Of a stretch of 64,000 nucleotides of DNA, positions 1 to 13,034 are shown one piece after another. Below the pieces are notes generated by a model. The model worked only from the letters and a program-made list of their open reading frames with translations, was not told where the DNA came from and did no database searches. The stretch comes from Squalus acanthias (lineage: Eukaryota), in NCBI GenBank assembly GCA_030390025.1, contig CM059433.1, positions 28,708,001 to 28,772,000 on the forward strand. Direction: 5' to 3'. A program made the position numbers and the translations under genes. Position 1 is the stretch's first letter. Each line of letters begins with the position of its first letter.

Positions 1-977
1 GAAGATACAATATGATAGCAAATAATATAAAAACAGACAGTAAGAGCTTCTACAGGTATATAAAAAGGAAGAGAGTAGCTAAAGTAAACATTGGTCCCTT
101 AGAGGATGAGACTGGGGAATTAATAATGGGAAATAGAGAAATGGCAGAGACTCTAAACAATTATTTTGGATCGGTCTTCACGGTAGAAGACACTAAAAAC
201 ATCCCAATAATAATAGATAATCAAGGGGCTATAGGGAGGGAGGAACTTAAAACAATCTCTATCACTAGAGAAAAAGTACTAGGCAAACTAATGGGGTTAA
301 AGGCTGACAAGTCCCCTGAACCTGATGGCCTGCATCCTAGGGTCTTAAAAGAAGTGGCTGCAGAGCTAGTGCATGCGTTGGTTGTAATCTACCAAAATTC
401 CCTGGATTCTGGAGAGGTCCCAGCAGATTGGAAAACCGCAAATGTAATGCCACTATTCAAGAAAGGAGGGAGACAGAAAGCAGGAAAATATAGGCCAGTT
501 AGCCTAACATCTGTCATTGGGAAAATGCTAGAATCCATTATTAAGGAGGTAATAGCAGGACATTTAGAAAATCATAAGACAATCAAGCAGAGTCAACATG
601 GTTTTATGAAAGGGAAATCATGTTTGACAAATTTGCTAGAGTTCTTTGAGGATGTAACAAACAGGGTAGATAAAGGGGAACCAGTAGATGTAGTGTATTT
701 GGATTTCCAGAAGGCATTTGATAAGGTGCCACATAAAAGGTTACTGCACAAGATAAGAGCGCACGGGGTTGGGGTAATATATTGGCATGGATAGGGGATT
801 GGTTAACTAACAGAAAACAGAGAGTCGGGATAAATGGGTCATTTTTGGGTTGGCAATCAGTAACTAGTGGGGTGCCACAGGGATCAGTGCTGGTGCCGCA
901 ACTATTTACAATCTGCAGTAATGACTTGGATGAAGGGACTGAGTGTACTATAGCCAAATTTGCTGATGATACAGAGA

Positions 978-3596
978 TAGAAACATAGAAAAATAGGAGC
1001 AAGAGTAGGCCATTCAGCCCTTCAAGCCTGCTCCGCTATTCAATTATTCAATATGATCATGGATGATCCTTGATCTCAATACCATATTCCTGCTCCCTCC
1101 CCATACCCCTTGATGTCTTTTCTGTCTAGAAATCTATCTATCTCCTTCTTAAATATATTCAATGACTTGGCCTCCACAGCCTTCTGTGGTAGAGAATTCC
1201 ACAGGTTCACCACCCTCTGTGTGAAGAAATTTCTCCTCATCTCAGTCCTAAATGTCCTACCCCATATCCTGAGACTGTGACCCCTCATTCTAGACCTCCC
1301 AGTCAGGGGAAACATCCTCCCTGCATCCAGTCTGTCTAGCCCAGTCAGAATTTTATATGTTTCAATGAGATCCCCTCTCATTCTTCTAAACTCTAGTGAA
1401 TACAGGCCTAGTCGACCCAATCTCTCCTCATACGACAGTCCTGCCATCCCAGGAATCAGTCTGGTGAACCTTTGCTGCACTCCCTCTATGGCAAGTATAT
1501 CCTTTCTTAGGTAAGGAGACCAAAACTGCACACAGTACTCCAGGTGTGGTCTCACCAAGGCCCTGTATAACTGTAGTAAGACATCCTTGCTCCTGTACTC
1601 AAATCATTTTGCAATGAAGGCCAACATACCATTTGCCTTCCTAACTGCTTGCTGCACCTGCATGTTTGCTTTCAGTGACTGGTGTACAAGGACACCCAGG
1701 TCCCTTTGTACGTCAACATTTTCCAATCTATCACCATTTAAATAATACTCTGCCTTTCTGTTTTTCCCACCAAAGTGGATAACTTCACATTTATCCACGT
1801 TATACTGCATCTGCCATGTATTTGCCCACTCACTCAACTTGTCTAAATCGCCTTGAAACCTCTTTGCATCTTCCTCACAACTCACAATCCCATCTAGTTT
1901 CGTGTCGTCAGCAAACTTGGAAATATTACATTTGGTTCCCTCATCCAAATCATTGATATATATTGTGAATAGCTGGGGCCCAAGCACTGATCCCTGCGGT
2001 ACCCCACTAGTCACCACCTGCCACCCTGAAAAAGACCCATTTATTCCTACTCTCTGTTTCCTGTCTGTTAACCAATTTTCAATCCATGCCAGTATATTAC
2101 CCCCAATCCCATGTGCTTTAATTTTGCACACTAACCTCTTATGTGGGACTTTATCAAAGGCCTTCTGAAATCCAAATACACCACATCCACTGGTTCTCCC
2201 TTATCTATTCTACCAGTTACATCCTCAAAAAACTCCAGTAGGTTTGTCAAACACGATTTCCCTTTCATAAATCCATGTTGACTTTGTCTAATCCCATTGA
2301 TATTTTCTAAGTGTCCTGTTATCACATCCTTTATAATAGACTCTAGCATTTTCCCTACTATTGATGTTAGGCTAACCGGTCTGTAGTTCCTGGTTTTCTC
2401 TCTCCCTCCTTTTTTTAAATAGTGGGGTTACATTTGCCACCCTCCAATCTGCAGGAACTGTTCCATAATCTATAGAATTTTGGAAGATGACAACCAATGC
2501 ATCCACTATTTCCATGGCTACCTCTTTTAGTACTCTGGGATGCAGATTATCAGGCCCTGGGGATTTATCGGCTTTCAGTCCCATTAATTTCTCCAGCACT
2601 ATTTTTTTACTAATACTAATTTCCTTTAATTCCTCCTTCTCACTAGACCCTTGGGGGGAAAAATTCAGTTGGTTTGCGCCTCCCGTTAGCGCCTTAAGAG
2701 GGTGTTAATGAGGCGCAAAGCAACTAGCGCTCGGGCGTGGCAATATCTGCACCGCTCGCGAAATTGACCAGACATTTTGCGGCGGCGCTAAACACTACCG
2801 CCACGATCTCCTGCGCCGGTAGCGCCCCGGAGCGGATATTGAGTGGTGCCCCCTGCCTTACCGCCTGCTGCTAGCAACGACAGGTTGAGGGGAGCGTTTT
2901 GCAGTCAGGAAGGGACTGGGGGAGCGCTATTTAAAGGCGAACGCTTCCAGCCTTTTTTTGTTGGTGACATTTTTGCACAACGCATTCTGAGAGAGAGAGA
3001 GAGAGAGAGAGACTTCTGAAGAGATTCAACGCTGTGTGAAGGAGTTTTGGGTACTGAGCAGCACTTTGCAGGTTTATTTTGATTTGCCCTTCCTTGCATC
3101 TATTTAGAAGAGACTGTGGGGGCTGCACTCTGAGCTCTTTCTCTGGGTCTCTCCATTGTTCTTTCCAGCAGATTTGATGTACAGGTCTCTCCAGGCTGAG
3201 ATTCAAGGCTGCAATGAGCAGGATTTGGATGGAGAGCAAGATCAACCCACCCCTTTAAGAACTGGCCGGTGCCATTGTGTGTGTGTTCCATTGCTGACTG
3301 ACTTCACATGAGCTTCGCCAGCGCTCTGAGGTAGCGCCTCGCTCCTCGGCCTTTGCGCCTTAAGACAGGTGTGTAGCACCTGATTTAGCGCACCAATCAC
3401 CTCCAGGGGCGATAAAAGCCAAGTTTGCAGTCGGAGGCAATAATTAGCGCCAGGCGCTAAACTTTGCGCACAGCCGATAATTGCGCCCCAAATGGGACGA
3501 TAATGAATCTTTCCCCCTTTGTTCCCTAGCATTTCTGGGAAGTTATTTGTGTCCTCTTCCGTGAAGACAGAACCAAAGTATTTGTTTAATTGCTCT
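978..3596 (-). mobile_element. 5'-truncated CR1 LINE nested in the previous CR1; same subfamily as 37144-39004
   Basis: Minus ORFs 1076-2599 are RT fragments. The tail agaaacatagaaaaataggagc is at ~979, and the host 'atag' is repeated at both junctions. The element is itself interrupted at 2654-3517. Confidence 0.92.
2654..3517. mobile_element. GC-rich non-autonomous Harbinger-type element (MITE)
   Basis: Termini gggggaaaaattca...tgaatctttccccc with flanks TTG/TTT. It splits a CR1 sequence that is contiguous at ~38800 (agacccttggttccctagc). Many agcgcc/ggcgct subterminal motifs. Confidence 0.85.
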
Positions 3597-5575
3597 ATAG
3601 GTTGGTTAGCAAGTCGTGAGGAGGACACAAAGAGCTTGCAAAGGGATACAGACAGGTTAAGTGAGTGGGCAAGAAGTTGGCAGATGGAGTATAATGTGGG
3701 AAAATGTGAGGTTATCCACTTTGGAAGGAAGAATGAGAAAGCAAATTATTATTTGAATGGAGTGAGATTACAAAATGCTGCGGTACAAAGGGATCTGGGG
3801 GTCCTAGTACATGAAACTCAAAAAGTTAGCATGCAGGTACAGCAAGTAATTAGGAAGGCTAATGGAATGCTGGCCTTTATTGCAAGGGTATGGAGTATAA
3901 AAGTAGGGAAGTTTTGATGCAACTTTACAGGGCGCTAGTGAGACCGCACCTGGAGTACTGCGTACAGTTGTGGTCTCCATATTTAAGGAAGGATATACTT
4001 GCATTGGAGGCAGTGCAGAGAAGGTTCACTAGGTTGATTCCTGGGATGAAGGGGTTGACGTTTGAAGGAAGGTTGAGCAGGTTGGGCCTATACTCATTGA
4101 AGCTTAGAAGAATGAGAGGTGATCTTATTGAAACATGTAAGATTCTGAGGGGGATTGACAGGGTGGATGCTGCGAGGATGTTTCCCCTAGTGGGGGTATC
4201 TAGAACTAGGGGACATAGTTTCAGAATAAGGGTCACCCATTTAAGACGGAGATGAGGAGGAATATCTTCTCTCAGAGGGTCGTGAATCTTTGGAATTCTC
4301 TACCCCAGAGAGCTGTGGAGGCGGAGTCATTGAATATATTCAAGGCGGAGATTGACAGACATTTGAACTACAAGGGAGTCAAGGGGTATGGGGAGGGAGC
4401 GGGAAAGTGGTGTTGAGGCCAAGATTGGATCAGCCATGATCTTATTGAATGATGGAGCAGGCTTGAGGGGCCGATTGGCCTACTCCTGCTCCTGTTTCTT
4501 ATGTTCTAAAGTTGTCTATCAAAGGATGACAGGCAATTATTAACCCTGTCACTTCTCACATGTCTGAGCCAAGCTGCCAATCTAAACCACCATCCCAGGC
4601 TCATTAGATTCTTTGATCTGTGCCTGATAACTTGAACTACAAGATCTTTTGAAGACATATCGGAACAAATGATAGCAACATACTATATCTCTCGTAACTT
4701 TTCAAAAACTGCTTTAAAAAGATATGTGGAATACTAGGTTTAGACTGAATTGCTGCTGTAATAATCCAATTGTCAGCAGATTAAGACTGATGAGTCTACT
4801 TTCAATTGACATTGGCATATTAATCTTCCATTTGTTTGACAGGTATCAAAACGCTGATGCATATTAATTATCTTAGGCTTGCTCAAGCAAAATATGTATT
4901 CCTGTAGCTTGCAGCAATAGCCAAAGAGAGACTTATGTTAACCCTGTGTGCACTGTGGACAACAATAAAGAAATAAATTGGTCAACTGACACAGACAAAA
5001 GGTTGGGGAAGGGGACAAGGCTAAGTGGAGAGCTCCTTCAGAGACCCAGGGCTGGATTTTGCCAGGCCCGAGGAGGCGGGTTTGGAGGCTTGTGAGGTGT
5101 TAAAATTGCAAAAAATGGCGGGCGGCTCCGATCCCGCCTCCAGCCCGCCTCTGATCAATTCTCCCAAAAGTGGCCTTTCAGACCCAGTTTTGATTCCAGC
5201 TCCAAGAGGCGGGATAGGCCCTTAAGGCCCTTAACAAGCACTTAATTGCCTCTATCATACCATTTTGAGAGACCTTTCTAACTTTAACACATTTCCCCCG
5301 TGCTGCACGTCTCCTCTGGAACATGCCAGTTAATCCTGGCGGCCTCACAAGTGGATGGCTTACTAACAGCTGCAGCTCCACCATTGAAAAGGAATTTTCA
5401 ACAATGTTCATTTGCAGGTGGCAGAACTTTGTTTTCTCAGGTCTGGGAGAACTTTTAGCAGGCCTACTCATTGTGGAGGTTTTGAGGCTGAGATCCATCT
5501 CCAGTGTGACCTCCTGGGAAACCCCTCTCCCCACCTTGACTGAGCGCTTCTTCAACTGAGGTATATACCAGAAGC

Positions 5576-6804
5576 ATGGGAACCATTTATTTCCTTTCCT
5601 CCTGGACATCAGATTCGGACGAAGACCAGCCGCGGCAGCAGCAATACCCGGAACAACAGCGGCACCAACAGCAGGAGCAACAACAGGAGCGCCAAGCTGC
5701 TGCTCACCCACCTGAAGCTACACAGGCCAGAAGGCGCCAGCGCATGGAAGCTCATCGCCGCAGGAGATACCCCCAAAACAGGGTCTACAGACAGAGGATG
5801 AGCTACCTCAACATGACTGAGCAGCAGTGCCAAAGGAGGCTCAGACTTTCGCGAGAGGTAGTGGGTGACATCTGCACAATGCTGCAGCAAGACCTGGAGC
5901 CCAGAGGAGCGGGTGGACACCCCTTACCAGTGGCCGTCAAAGTCACCACCGCACTCAACTTTTTTGCTTCAGGATCATTCCAGGGATCAAGAGCAGACAT
6001 CAGCAGCATCTCCCAGGCGGCCGCACACACTTGCATCACGCAGGTAACCGATGCCCTCTTTGCCATCGCGCACAATTACATCAACTTCTCCAAGGTTCAA
6101 GCAAGTGTAATCACGCGTGCGGTTGGATTTGCTAATCTGGCATGCTTTCCAAGGGTGCAGGGCGTTGTTGACTGCACATATGTGGCCATCACAATCCAGG
6201 TATTTTTGTCAACCGCAAGGGCTTCCACTCCCTCAACGTGCAGCTGGTGTGTGACCACAAGAAGGAAATTTTGCATGTTTGCGTCAAGTACCCTGGCAGT
6301 TGCCATGACTCCTTCATCCTGCACCAGTCTAGTGTGCCTCCCCTCTTCAGTCCGCCAGACCAACTTTTCGGATGGCTACTTGGAGACAAGGGCTATCCCC
6401 TGAAGATATGGCTAATGACGCCATTGAGGAGGCCATCCTACGAAGCTGAGGAGCGCTACAACTCCAGCCACATTTCCATCAGATCCATAATCGAGCAAAC
6501 CATCGGCTTGGTGAAGATGCGATTCCGATGCCTTGATAGATCAGGTGGAGCCCTGCAGTACTCAGCAGCCAGGGTCTCCAGAATAGTCGTGGTCTGCTGT
6601 GCACTTCACAACATGGCACAGCATCGTGGCTTGCAGCTGCCTGAGGTACAAGTGGCTCATCGCATAGCCTCCTCAGATGAGGATGAGGAGGAGGAGAGCG
6701 ACAACGAACAGCTTGCGGAGGCGCATCAACCAACGGCAGCAGCACGCGAGCACATTGCTGCCCAGGATGCAAGGGACGCACTCATCTTGGCCAGATTTGC
6801 TTAG
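5576..6804 (+). pseudogene. Harbinger (HARBI1-like) DDE transposase with one frameshift near 6192
   Basis: Motifs [21 protein letters not shown](Y)VAI, then in the next frame [59 protein letters not shown] and CCALHN. Catalytic D/D/E are retained. Confidence 0.92.
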
Positions 6805-6990
6805 CCTGCCCAATCAAACACTTTTGCCTCACACCTTCTTACCAGAGCATTGACAATGGCCAAGAACCTGCGGATTCCTATCACTCTGACCACCATACTA
6901 ACAATTGCAAGTCGCCCTAAGCCCTCAATGTGGAAGTCCCATTTGCGAAATGACACAGCCCACAACTTCAACAGTTTGCCACCAAGTTTT

Positions 6991-7029
6991 TTTATTACAT
7001 AAAGTCACGGATGGCTTTTCAAAAATAAA
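6991..7029. terminator. Poly(A) signals of the convergent Harbinger genes
   Basis: TTTATT (minus-strand AATAAA) at 6991-6996 and AATAAA at 7024-7029 lie between the two stop codons. Confidence 0.5.
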
Positions 7030-7062
7030 CACAACAGAACACCCAAGTGACTACCCTTGTGA

Positions 7063-9026
7063 CTACTTGTGCTTTATCTTCCTCTTACGCGTGCTCCTAT
7101 GTGGTGCTTCCCCTGTGGCTTCAGCAGATGTGGAGGCCCCTTGCTCACTTTCTTGCTGCTCCTGCCTCGACACCTTTGGCAGGCGTCCTCTGGGGTTGTG
7201 AGCTTGTGAGGGCTCGGCAACAGTCTGCTGCTCCTGCTGCTGTGCAGGGGCTGAGACGCCGATCTCAGTTGGGTGAGGACTCTGGTGGGGCTCTGACTCA
7301 GGGCTCTGCAGTGGCATGGTCGTGTGAGCGCTTGGAGAGGAGCCCCCACTTCCTTGTTCTCTGCCACCAACATCCCTCTCATGGGTCAGCCCCACTTCAG
7401 AGCTAGCAAGTGGCTTGACAGCACCTTGCTGCACTTCAGGGGGGCCATGAGGACCCATTTCTGCACTGGAAGTCCTACTCCAGAGGACTTCCATGAAGGT
7501 CTGGTTTCTCTGCTCAATAGCTGACCATCGCTCCTCAAGAGATGCCAGTCTATTCTAAACAATGACCATGTTTTCAAGACCCTGGCGACTAAGCTCCTTC
7601 ATGGCCGTAGCCATCCTCTCCTCTACGGTAGCCAGCCTTACCACGGAGGTGGCCATCCTTTCCACGGAGGTTGCCATCCTTTCCGTGGTGATGCCTTCAT
7701 GCGCCAATGCCTCCACAAAGACTCCTCCATTCGCTCCACACTTGCAGCAACCCTGGAGACAAAACCTGCCAGAGACTCCTGCAGCTGTTCCTGGAGTTCC
7801 AGCACCGCTCTCCTTCTGGATGGACCCGGAGACACAGGCTCGACATGTAGCTGAGCCGAGCTGGCAGAGTCTTGTGCCCTCCGACGAGGACTCTCCACTG
7901 CTGTCCCTGTCTCCACCATCTGCTGATGCTCACTTGTGAGTTGTGATACACCAGGTGACAACTCTACTCTATCTCCGAAGGTCCCATCGAGGTGTGAGTG
8001 TCTGCGCTGGTGCTGAGTGTGCTTAATTCTGCTGACGCTGCGCCCTCAGAGGTTGCAGCTTCCTCCGAGGAGTCTGGGGGCTTAGGCTGTTCCTCCTGGA
8101 CAGAGGGGAGGGGGTCTGTCGATGGTCCTGTGGGGGAGTAAAGGAAAGAGTTAGACATGTGAGATAAACGTTGCATGCACATTGAATTGTGCAGATGATC
8201 ATAAGTCAATCTGTTAGAGCATTAGAATCAATATCAGTTACTCATGCAATGTCAATGAGAGAGATGAAAAACTATTCTGTCACCAGCTTTCTCTGATGCG
8301 CCCGTCTGTCCGTCCCCCACTTGCGCATCCTCCTCGACTCCCACGATCTCCAGGGCCGCCTCCTCTGCAGTGGTGAGCTGGACTATTGAGGGTGGCCCTC
8401 CTCCTGTCCTTGCCCTCTCCCTCTTATTGTGGGCTCTCTTTTCCTGCAATGAGGGAGACAAGTGGAGTTTGAGTGAGAATGAAGGAGTGAGTGTGGAGAA
8501 TCCATAGCATAGATGCTTAGAAGGACACAAAGATGGAGTGAGGTGCCAATACCAAGGGCCCTCCCTGTGTGTTGTAAGTTGTTGTCATTGCATCACAGTG
8601 ATAGGGAGTGTGAGGGCTGCATAGTCGAATAGTTAAGTGAATGTGAACATACAGAGAGAGGGAATGGTTAAGGGTGCAGGGATGTAAGGGTCAAGTGGGA
8701 TGTGGAGGAGGAGGTTGACAAAGCAGAGTGCTGGTGATGAGCGGCGATGGGGATCAGATTGAGGGTCATGTGAATGGAATACTCACTTTTCCTGTGCGGA
8801 GAAGGTCATGAAACCTCTTTCTGCACTGCAGCCAGGTTCTGCTGCACATTGATATGGCATTCACCTCCTGTGCCACTTGCAGCCACACTGCTTTGGTCTG
8901 TTGTGGAGGCTTTTTCCTCCCTGAAGAAGGAAACAGCACTTCCTTATTTGCTCTTGCTCCCTCTACCAGAGCTTGGAGGGAGGTCTCATCGAAACGGGGT
9001 GCACACTTTGGTCTGCTGCTGGACAT
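7063..9026 (-). pseudogene. Harbinger Myb/SANT-like DNA-binding gene, three exons (9026-8787, 8443-8284, 8127-7063); exon 3 frameshifted
   Basis: Exon 1 is MSSSRPKCAPRF...W..VA..VN....RTWLQCRKRFHDLLRTGK|gtgagt. Exon 2 is ttgcag|EKRAHNKRERARTGGGPP...G|gtgac (160 bp). Exon 3 is ccacag|, with acidic/Ser and heptad (21-bp) repeats and a basic end RSTRKRKIKHK*. Frameshifts near 7965 and 7715. Confidence 0.85.
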
Positions 9027-9564
9027 GGTTGGATCACGAATCCCTCAGAAGTATAATGCAAAAGTTGTAAGGCAGAAAAAGAACCAAGGCTGCTTGCAGG
9101 CCTTAAATGCAGCTGCATAGATGACGTCATCAGAGACGAGTTTCAGCACCAAAATACTCATTGGGCCAGGGGTTCCCACACGCTGGAAATCAAGTGCCCA
9201 ATTAGGGGAAAATCGTCAATTGTCATGCCTCACATCGGAGGCGGGGTCGTGACCCACCGACCACCTGACCTGCCCCCAGCCCGCCCCAATGACAAAATCC
9301 AGCCCCCAGTGCGTGTATGATAAGCCAAATGGCGTCCTTCTGTGCTGTAAAATTTCAGCATTGTGTACTTTCCTCCATTCGTTATATATAGCAAAAATAG
9401 TAGATGCAAGTCTATTAGTGCTCCCCACTTATTCTGATATCTTCTTGTTTGTTAACAGTAACTAACAGAGCATAATATAGCGACAAGGGAATACAAAGGG
9501 GCAGATTTTCCGATTTTGCAGAGAAAGTGTAATTGTTTGCAGATTTTAACAACACTCAATCATA

Positions 9565-9950
9565 AGAAAGAAAGAACTTGCATTTATATAGCACCTTTCA
9601 CAATCTCAGGACATCCCAAAGCGGTTTACAGCCAATGAAGTACTTTTTTTGAAGTGCAGTCACTGTTGTACTGTAGGTAACGTGGCAGCCAATTTGCGCA
9701 CAACAAGTTCCCACAAACAGCAATGTGTTAATGACCAGATAATCTGTTTTAGTAATGTTGAATGAGGGATAAATATTGGCCCATGACACTGGGGATAACT
9801 CCACTGCTCTTCTTCGAAATAGTGCCAGGGGAGCTTTTATGTCCACCTGAGAGAGCAGGCTGGGCCTTGGTTTAACGTCTCATCCGAAAGACGGCACTCC
9901 CTGAGTACTGCACTGGAGTGTCAGCCTGGATTATGTGCTCATGTTCTGGT
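9565..9950 (-). mobile_element. Deu-domain SINE (SacSINE1-like), head truncated
   Basis: Same body as 27860-28300 (cggtttaacgtctcatccgaaagacggca; cttgcatttatatagc tail). Confidence 0.8.
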
Positions 9951-10059
9951 ACCATAGCAATGGAGCACAATTATTCTGCAGACAATTTATTGAAACATGA
10001 ATTAACTAGTGGGACAACAGAAAACTAACCAATCACAATGCACCTGAATAATACTCTTT

Positions 10060-12210
10060 GGCCTAGAAATTCGTTTGCCCCTGAAAACGGGTGTGAGGAT
10101 CGCGATGCATGATCACCCCGCGCCCGTTCAAAGGAACGCAGGCAGCAGGTGAACTTCATCTTGCTTGCTGATTAGCGTGATTGCAGCATTCAGTCCAGCG
10201 GAGTCAGCACTGCTGAGTGGCTGAACGCTCAGCAGGGGTCCCAAGTTCGTGCGAGGCTAGCACCAATTAAAGCTAGCCTGCACTTCTTAAAGGTAGTCTG
10301 CACCTCTTAAAGGAGAGGCGCATTCTGCCTGCAGAAGCTCATTGAACTGGCTGCAGAAGAGAGTGAATGGATGAAAAAGAAAATTATGCCACAACAGTGG
10401 AGAGAGCGTGCGCCAAGGTTCTCCGATGCAGCACTGGAGGCCTTGGTGCAGGAGGTCAACTTGCTGTCACCACAGGGGTTCAGGAGGCCATCCAGGCAAA
10501 TGTGTAAAGTGCATTCGGAACAGAAAGCCATCGTGGTGAATGCCAGCAGATTAGTCCCAAGGACCTGGACGCAGCATAGGAAGAAGTTTAATGACCTCAC
10601 ACGAGTGGTCAAGGTCAGTGAATTCATTTTCAAATGCCATATCCCAACATCTGTACCACTAGCCTCAGCAACTGCTCAATGCACCACATCCCCATCACTC
10701 ACCTAACAACAATCTCTACCAAACACGACTCATACCTCACATTCATAGCTTCACCTCACCCTCACACACTTACCACTGCTGCAAGTCTCACAACACTTCT
10801 CACAGCATCACACACACTGCCAGCTATTCACACATTGCACCACACTCACTGACATACTTCCCTCTCTCTTGCAGGAAAAGGTGGCTCACAACAGGCGCCA
10901 GCAGGATCTAACTAGCGGGGGACAGGCGTGCCTGCATAACCTGATCCTCATGGAGGAAATGGTGCTGGCCATTCTTGGGAGGGGCATCGCTCAGTTCGTT
11001 GCCAATGGCAGGGCTGAAACAATACAAGATGCTGGTATCCTCATACGCAATCCTTCTTCTCACATCCCACTTCCCCCCTCATCCCACAATCTCATCTGAT
11101 TTATAAGCTGCACATAGTGTAATCATGCAACTCTTGGTTTCTCCCCCTCCCCTCACCACAAGCTGACCTTGTGCCTTTCTCATTTCAGAGACCGCAGAAA
11201 TCCAACATGGCCAGTGGTGCAAGAAGAAGAGGGAGCGGAGAGTGATGAAGAAGAAGAAACATCATCACTCGATCTGACAGTCGCAGCCTTCAGCTCAGGT
11301 ACTGGCGCTGTGCGGAGTTTAGAGGGTAGCTTAGAGGTGGGATCGGCACACGGTGAGTCACCGGGCAGGAGTGGGCCTGCAGCCAGGCTGGGGAAAGGGT
11401 AGCGCAGGTGCCAGCTCCCCAGAGGGCGAGGTCGCACACGAATTCTGATGCAGAGGACTCGGATGAGGACTTCGATGAGGCGCCTACAGAAGAACTCTGA
11501 CGGGTTATGCACAACAAAATGCTTGGTATATTGGCAGGCCTGCCAGAAGGCCTGAGTGCAATGTCAAGGAGCATGGAGGAGTCCGGCACCAACCTTGCTC
11601 AAGGCTTTGCACAGAGCTTGGAGTCCATGATTTCCAGCATGGAAGTGATGGCCAACTCCATTAGCGCACTTGTGGACCCAACCAGGATGCAGCATCTGAT
11701 GCCCGATGTCTGAGCTTCCATTGGAGTACAAGCAGAAGCCACCCAACGTCTGAATGCTGCAGTGGAAGTTCAGACTTCTGGCATGCAAGCTCAGACCGCT
11801 CTCATGCAGGCTCAGCTTGCTGCCACGCAAGCTCAGACTGCTGCCATTGTGGCTGGGTTTACCAGTGTGGAAAGGGGCTTGCAGGGTGACACAGCAGTCC
11901 AGCAATCTTCCAACAGATTACTAGGAATGCTGAGGCGTCGACCCTGGGCAGTGGCAGTGGCTCCGTGGACCAAGAACCTCCTGTCCTCTCTCAGGATGAC
12001 AGCATTCGTCCTCCCACCACTGCCACTCTGCCAGTGCCCTTCCTGTCAGCCAGCCAGCCCAGACTGCTGCCGTTCATGCCAAGGTCGTGTAATCTACAGC
12101 CGGGCCTTCTAGGCCCAGAGCTGCTCGAATTCGTCCTGCAAGGATATCTGCAGTCTCTCCCACTGAAAGTCAGCAGCCTTCCACCAGCCATGCTAGAGCC
12201 ACTGGGGTAG
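10060..12210 (+). mobile_element. Second Harbinger lineage: one terminus plus a degraded three-exon Myb/SANT gene, truncated at an L2 fragment
   Basis: Terminus ggcctagaaattcg. Exon 1 is 10386-10613 (RERAPRFSDAALEAL...RTWTQHRKKFNDLTRVVK|gtcagt). Exon 2 is 10875-11034 (cag|EKVAHNRR...|gtatcc, 160 bp). Exon 3 starts at 11189 and contains stops and frameshifts. Confidence 0.8.
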
Positions 12211-12785
12211 TAGAAACGTCCCAAGGTGCTTCACAGAAGCGTTGTCAAACAAAATTTGACACCGAGCTACATAAGGAGATATTAGGATAGGTGACCAAGA
12301 GCTTGGTCAATGAGGTAGGGTTTAAGGAGTGTCTTAAAGGAAGAGAGAGAGGTGGAGATGCAGAGAGGTTTGGGGAGGGAATTCCAGAGCTTAGGGCCTA
12401 GGCAGCTGAAGGCACGGCCGCCAATGGTGGAGCGATTAAAATCATGGATGCACAAGAGGCCAGAATTGGAGGAGTGCAGAGTTTTTGGAGGGTTGTAGGG
12501 CTGGAGGAGGTTACAGAGATCGGGAGGGGTGAGGCCATGGAGGGATTTGAAAACGAGGATGAGAATTTTAAAATCGAGGCGTTGCCAGACTGGGAGCCAA
12601 CATAGGTCAGCAAGCACAGGGGTGATGGGTAAACGGGACTTAGGATGCGAGCAGCAGAGCTCAAGTTTATGGAGGGTGCAAGGTGAGAGGCCTGGCCATG
12701 AAAGCTTTGGAATAGTCGAGTGTGGAGGCAACAAAGGCATGGATGAGAGTTTCAGCAGCAGATGAGCTGAGGCAGGGGCGTGATA
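12211..12785 (-). mobile_element. L2-type LINE 3' fragment
   Basis: ORF 12282-12740 has PITPVLADLCWLPV..RLDFKILILVFKSLHG...GGRAFS..GPKLWNSLP...SFKTLLK, the typical L2 ORF2 C-terminus. Related fragments lie at ~14650, 28960, 29420, 36232, 44255, 58010 and 60636. Confidence 0.85.
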
Positions 12786-13034
12786 GGTGAGAATGATATT
12801 TAAACCAAGGGAACACTGGAGTCAAGACTTTCAACTCGCTGTCCAGGCGTAAAACTGGTGTTGCCAATCAGCAGTTATAGAAACTGCCCGATTTTCATTT
12901 CTACAGATGTAGAGAATCTGGGGGTAAATTTCACCATCACTGCTCAAGCGGTGAGGCTGGAAATTACTGCCCCCCCCACGCCACCCCACCCCCCAATAAT
13001 TCTCTACATTAGTTTTGCCAAACTGGCACATATA

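Larger units (their letters stand above)
1..4507 (+). mobile_element. CR1-clade LINE (RT ORF2 through 3' tail), split by a nested CR1; own sequence is 1-~979 and ~3597-4507
   Basis: ORFs 12-794 and 782-988 carry CR1 RT motifs ([60 protein letters not shown]). The sequence resumes at ~3597 (SLQRDTDRLSEWA, LVRPHLEYCVQ) and ends in the CR1 3' tail ...ctcctgctcctgtttcttatgttct. Confidence 0.95.
5049..9305. mobile_element. Near-full-length PIF/Harbinger DNA transposon (4257 bp) with convergent transposase and Myb/SANT genes
   Basis: TIRs gggctggattttgcca (5049) and tgacaaaatccagccc (to 9305); 3-bp TSD CCA (5046-5048, 9306-9308). The two-gene content is typical of Harbinger. Confidence 0.93.

Noticed and set aside
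5576..6804. Domesticated host HARBI1 gene
   Set aside because: It lies between TIRs with a TSD, is paired with a Myb gene and is frameshifted, so it is a transposon copy.
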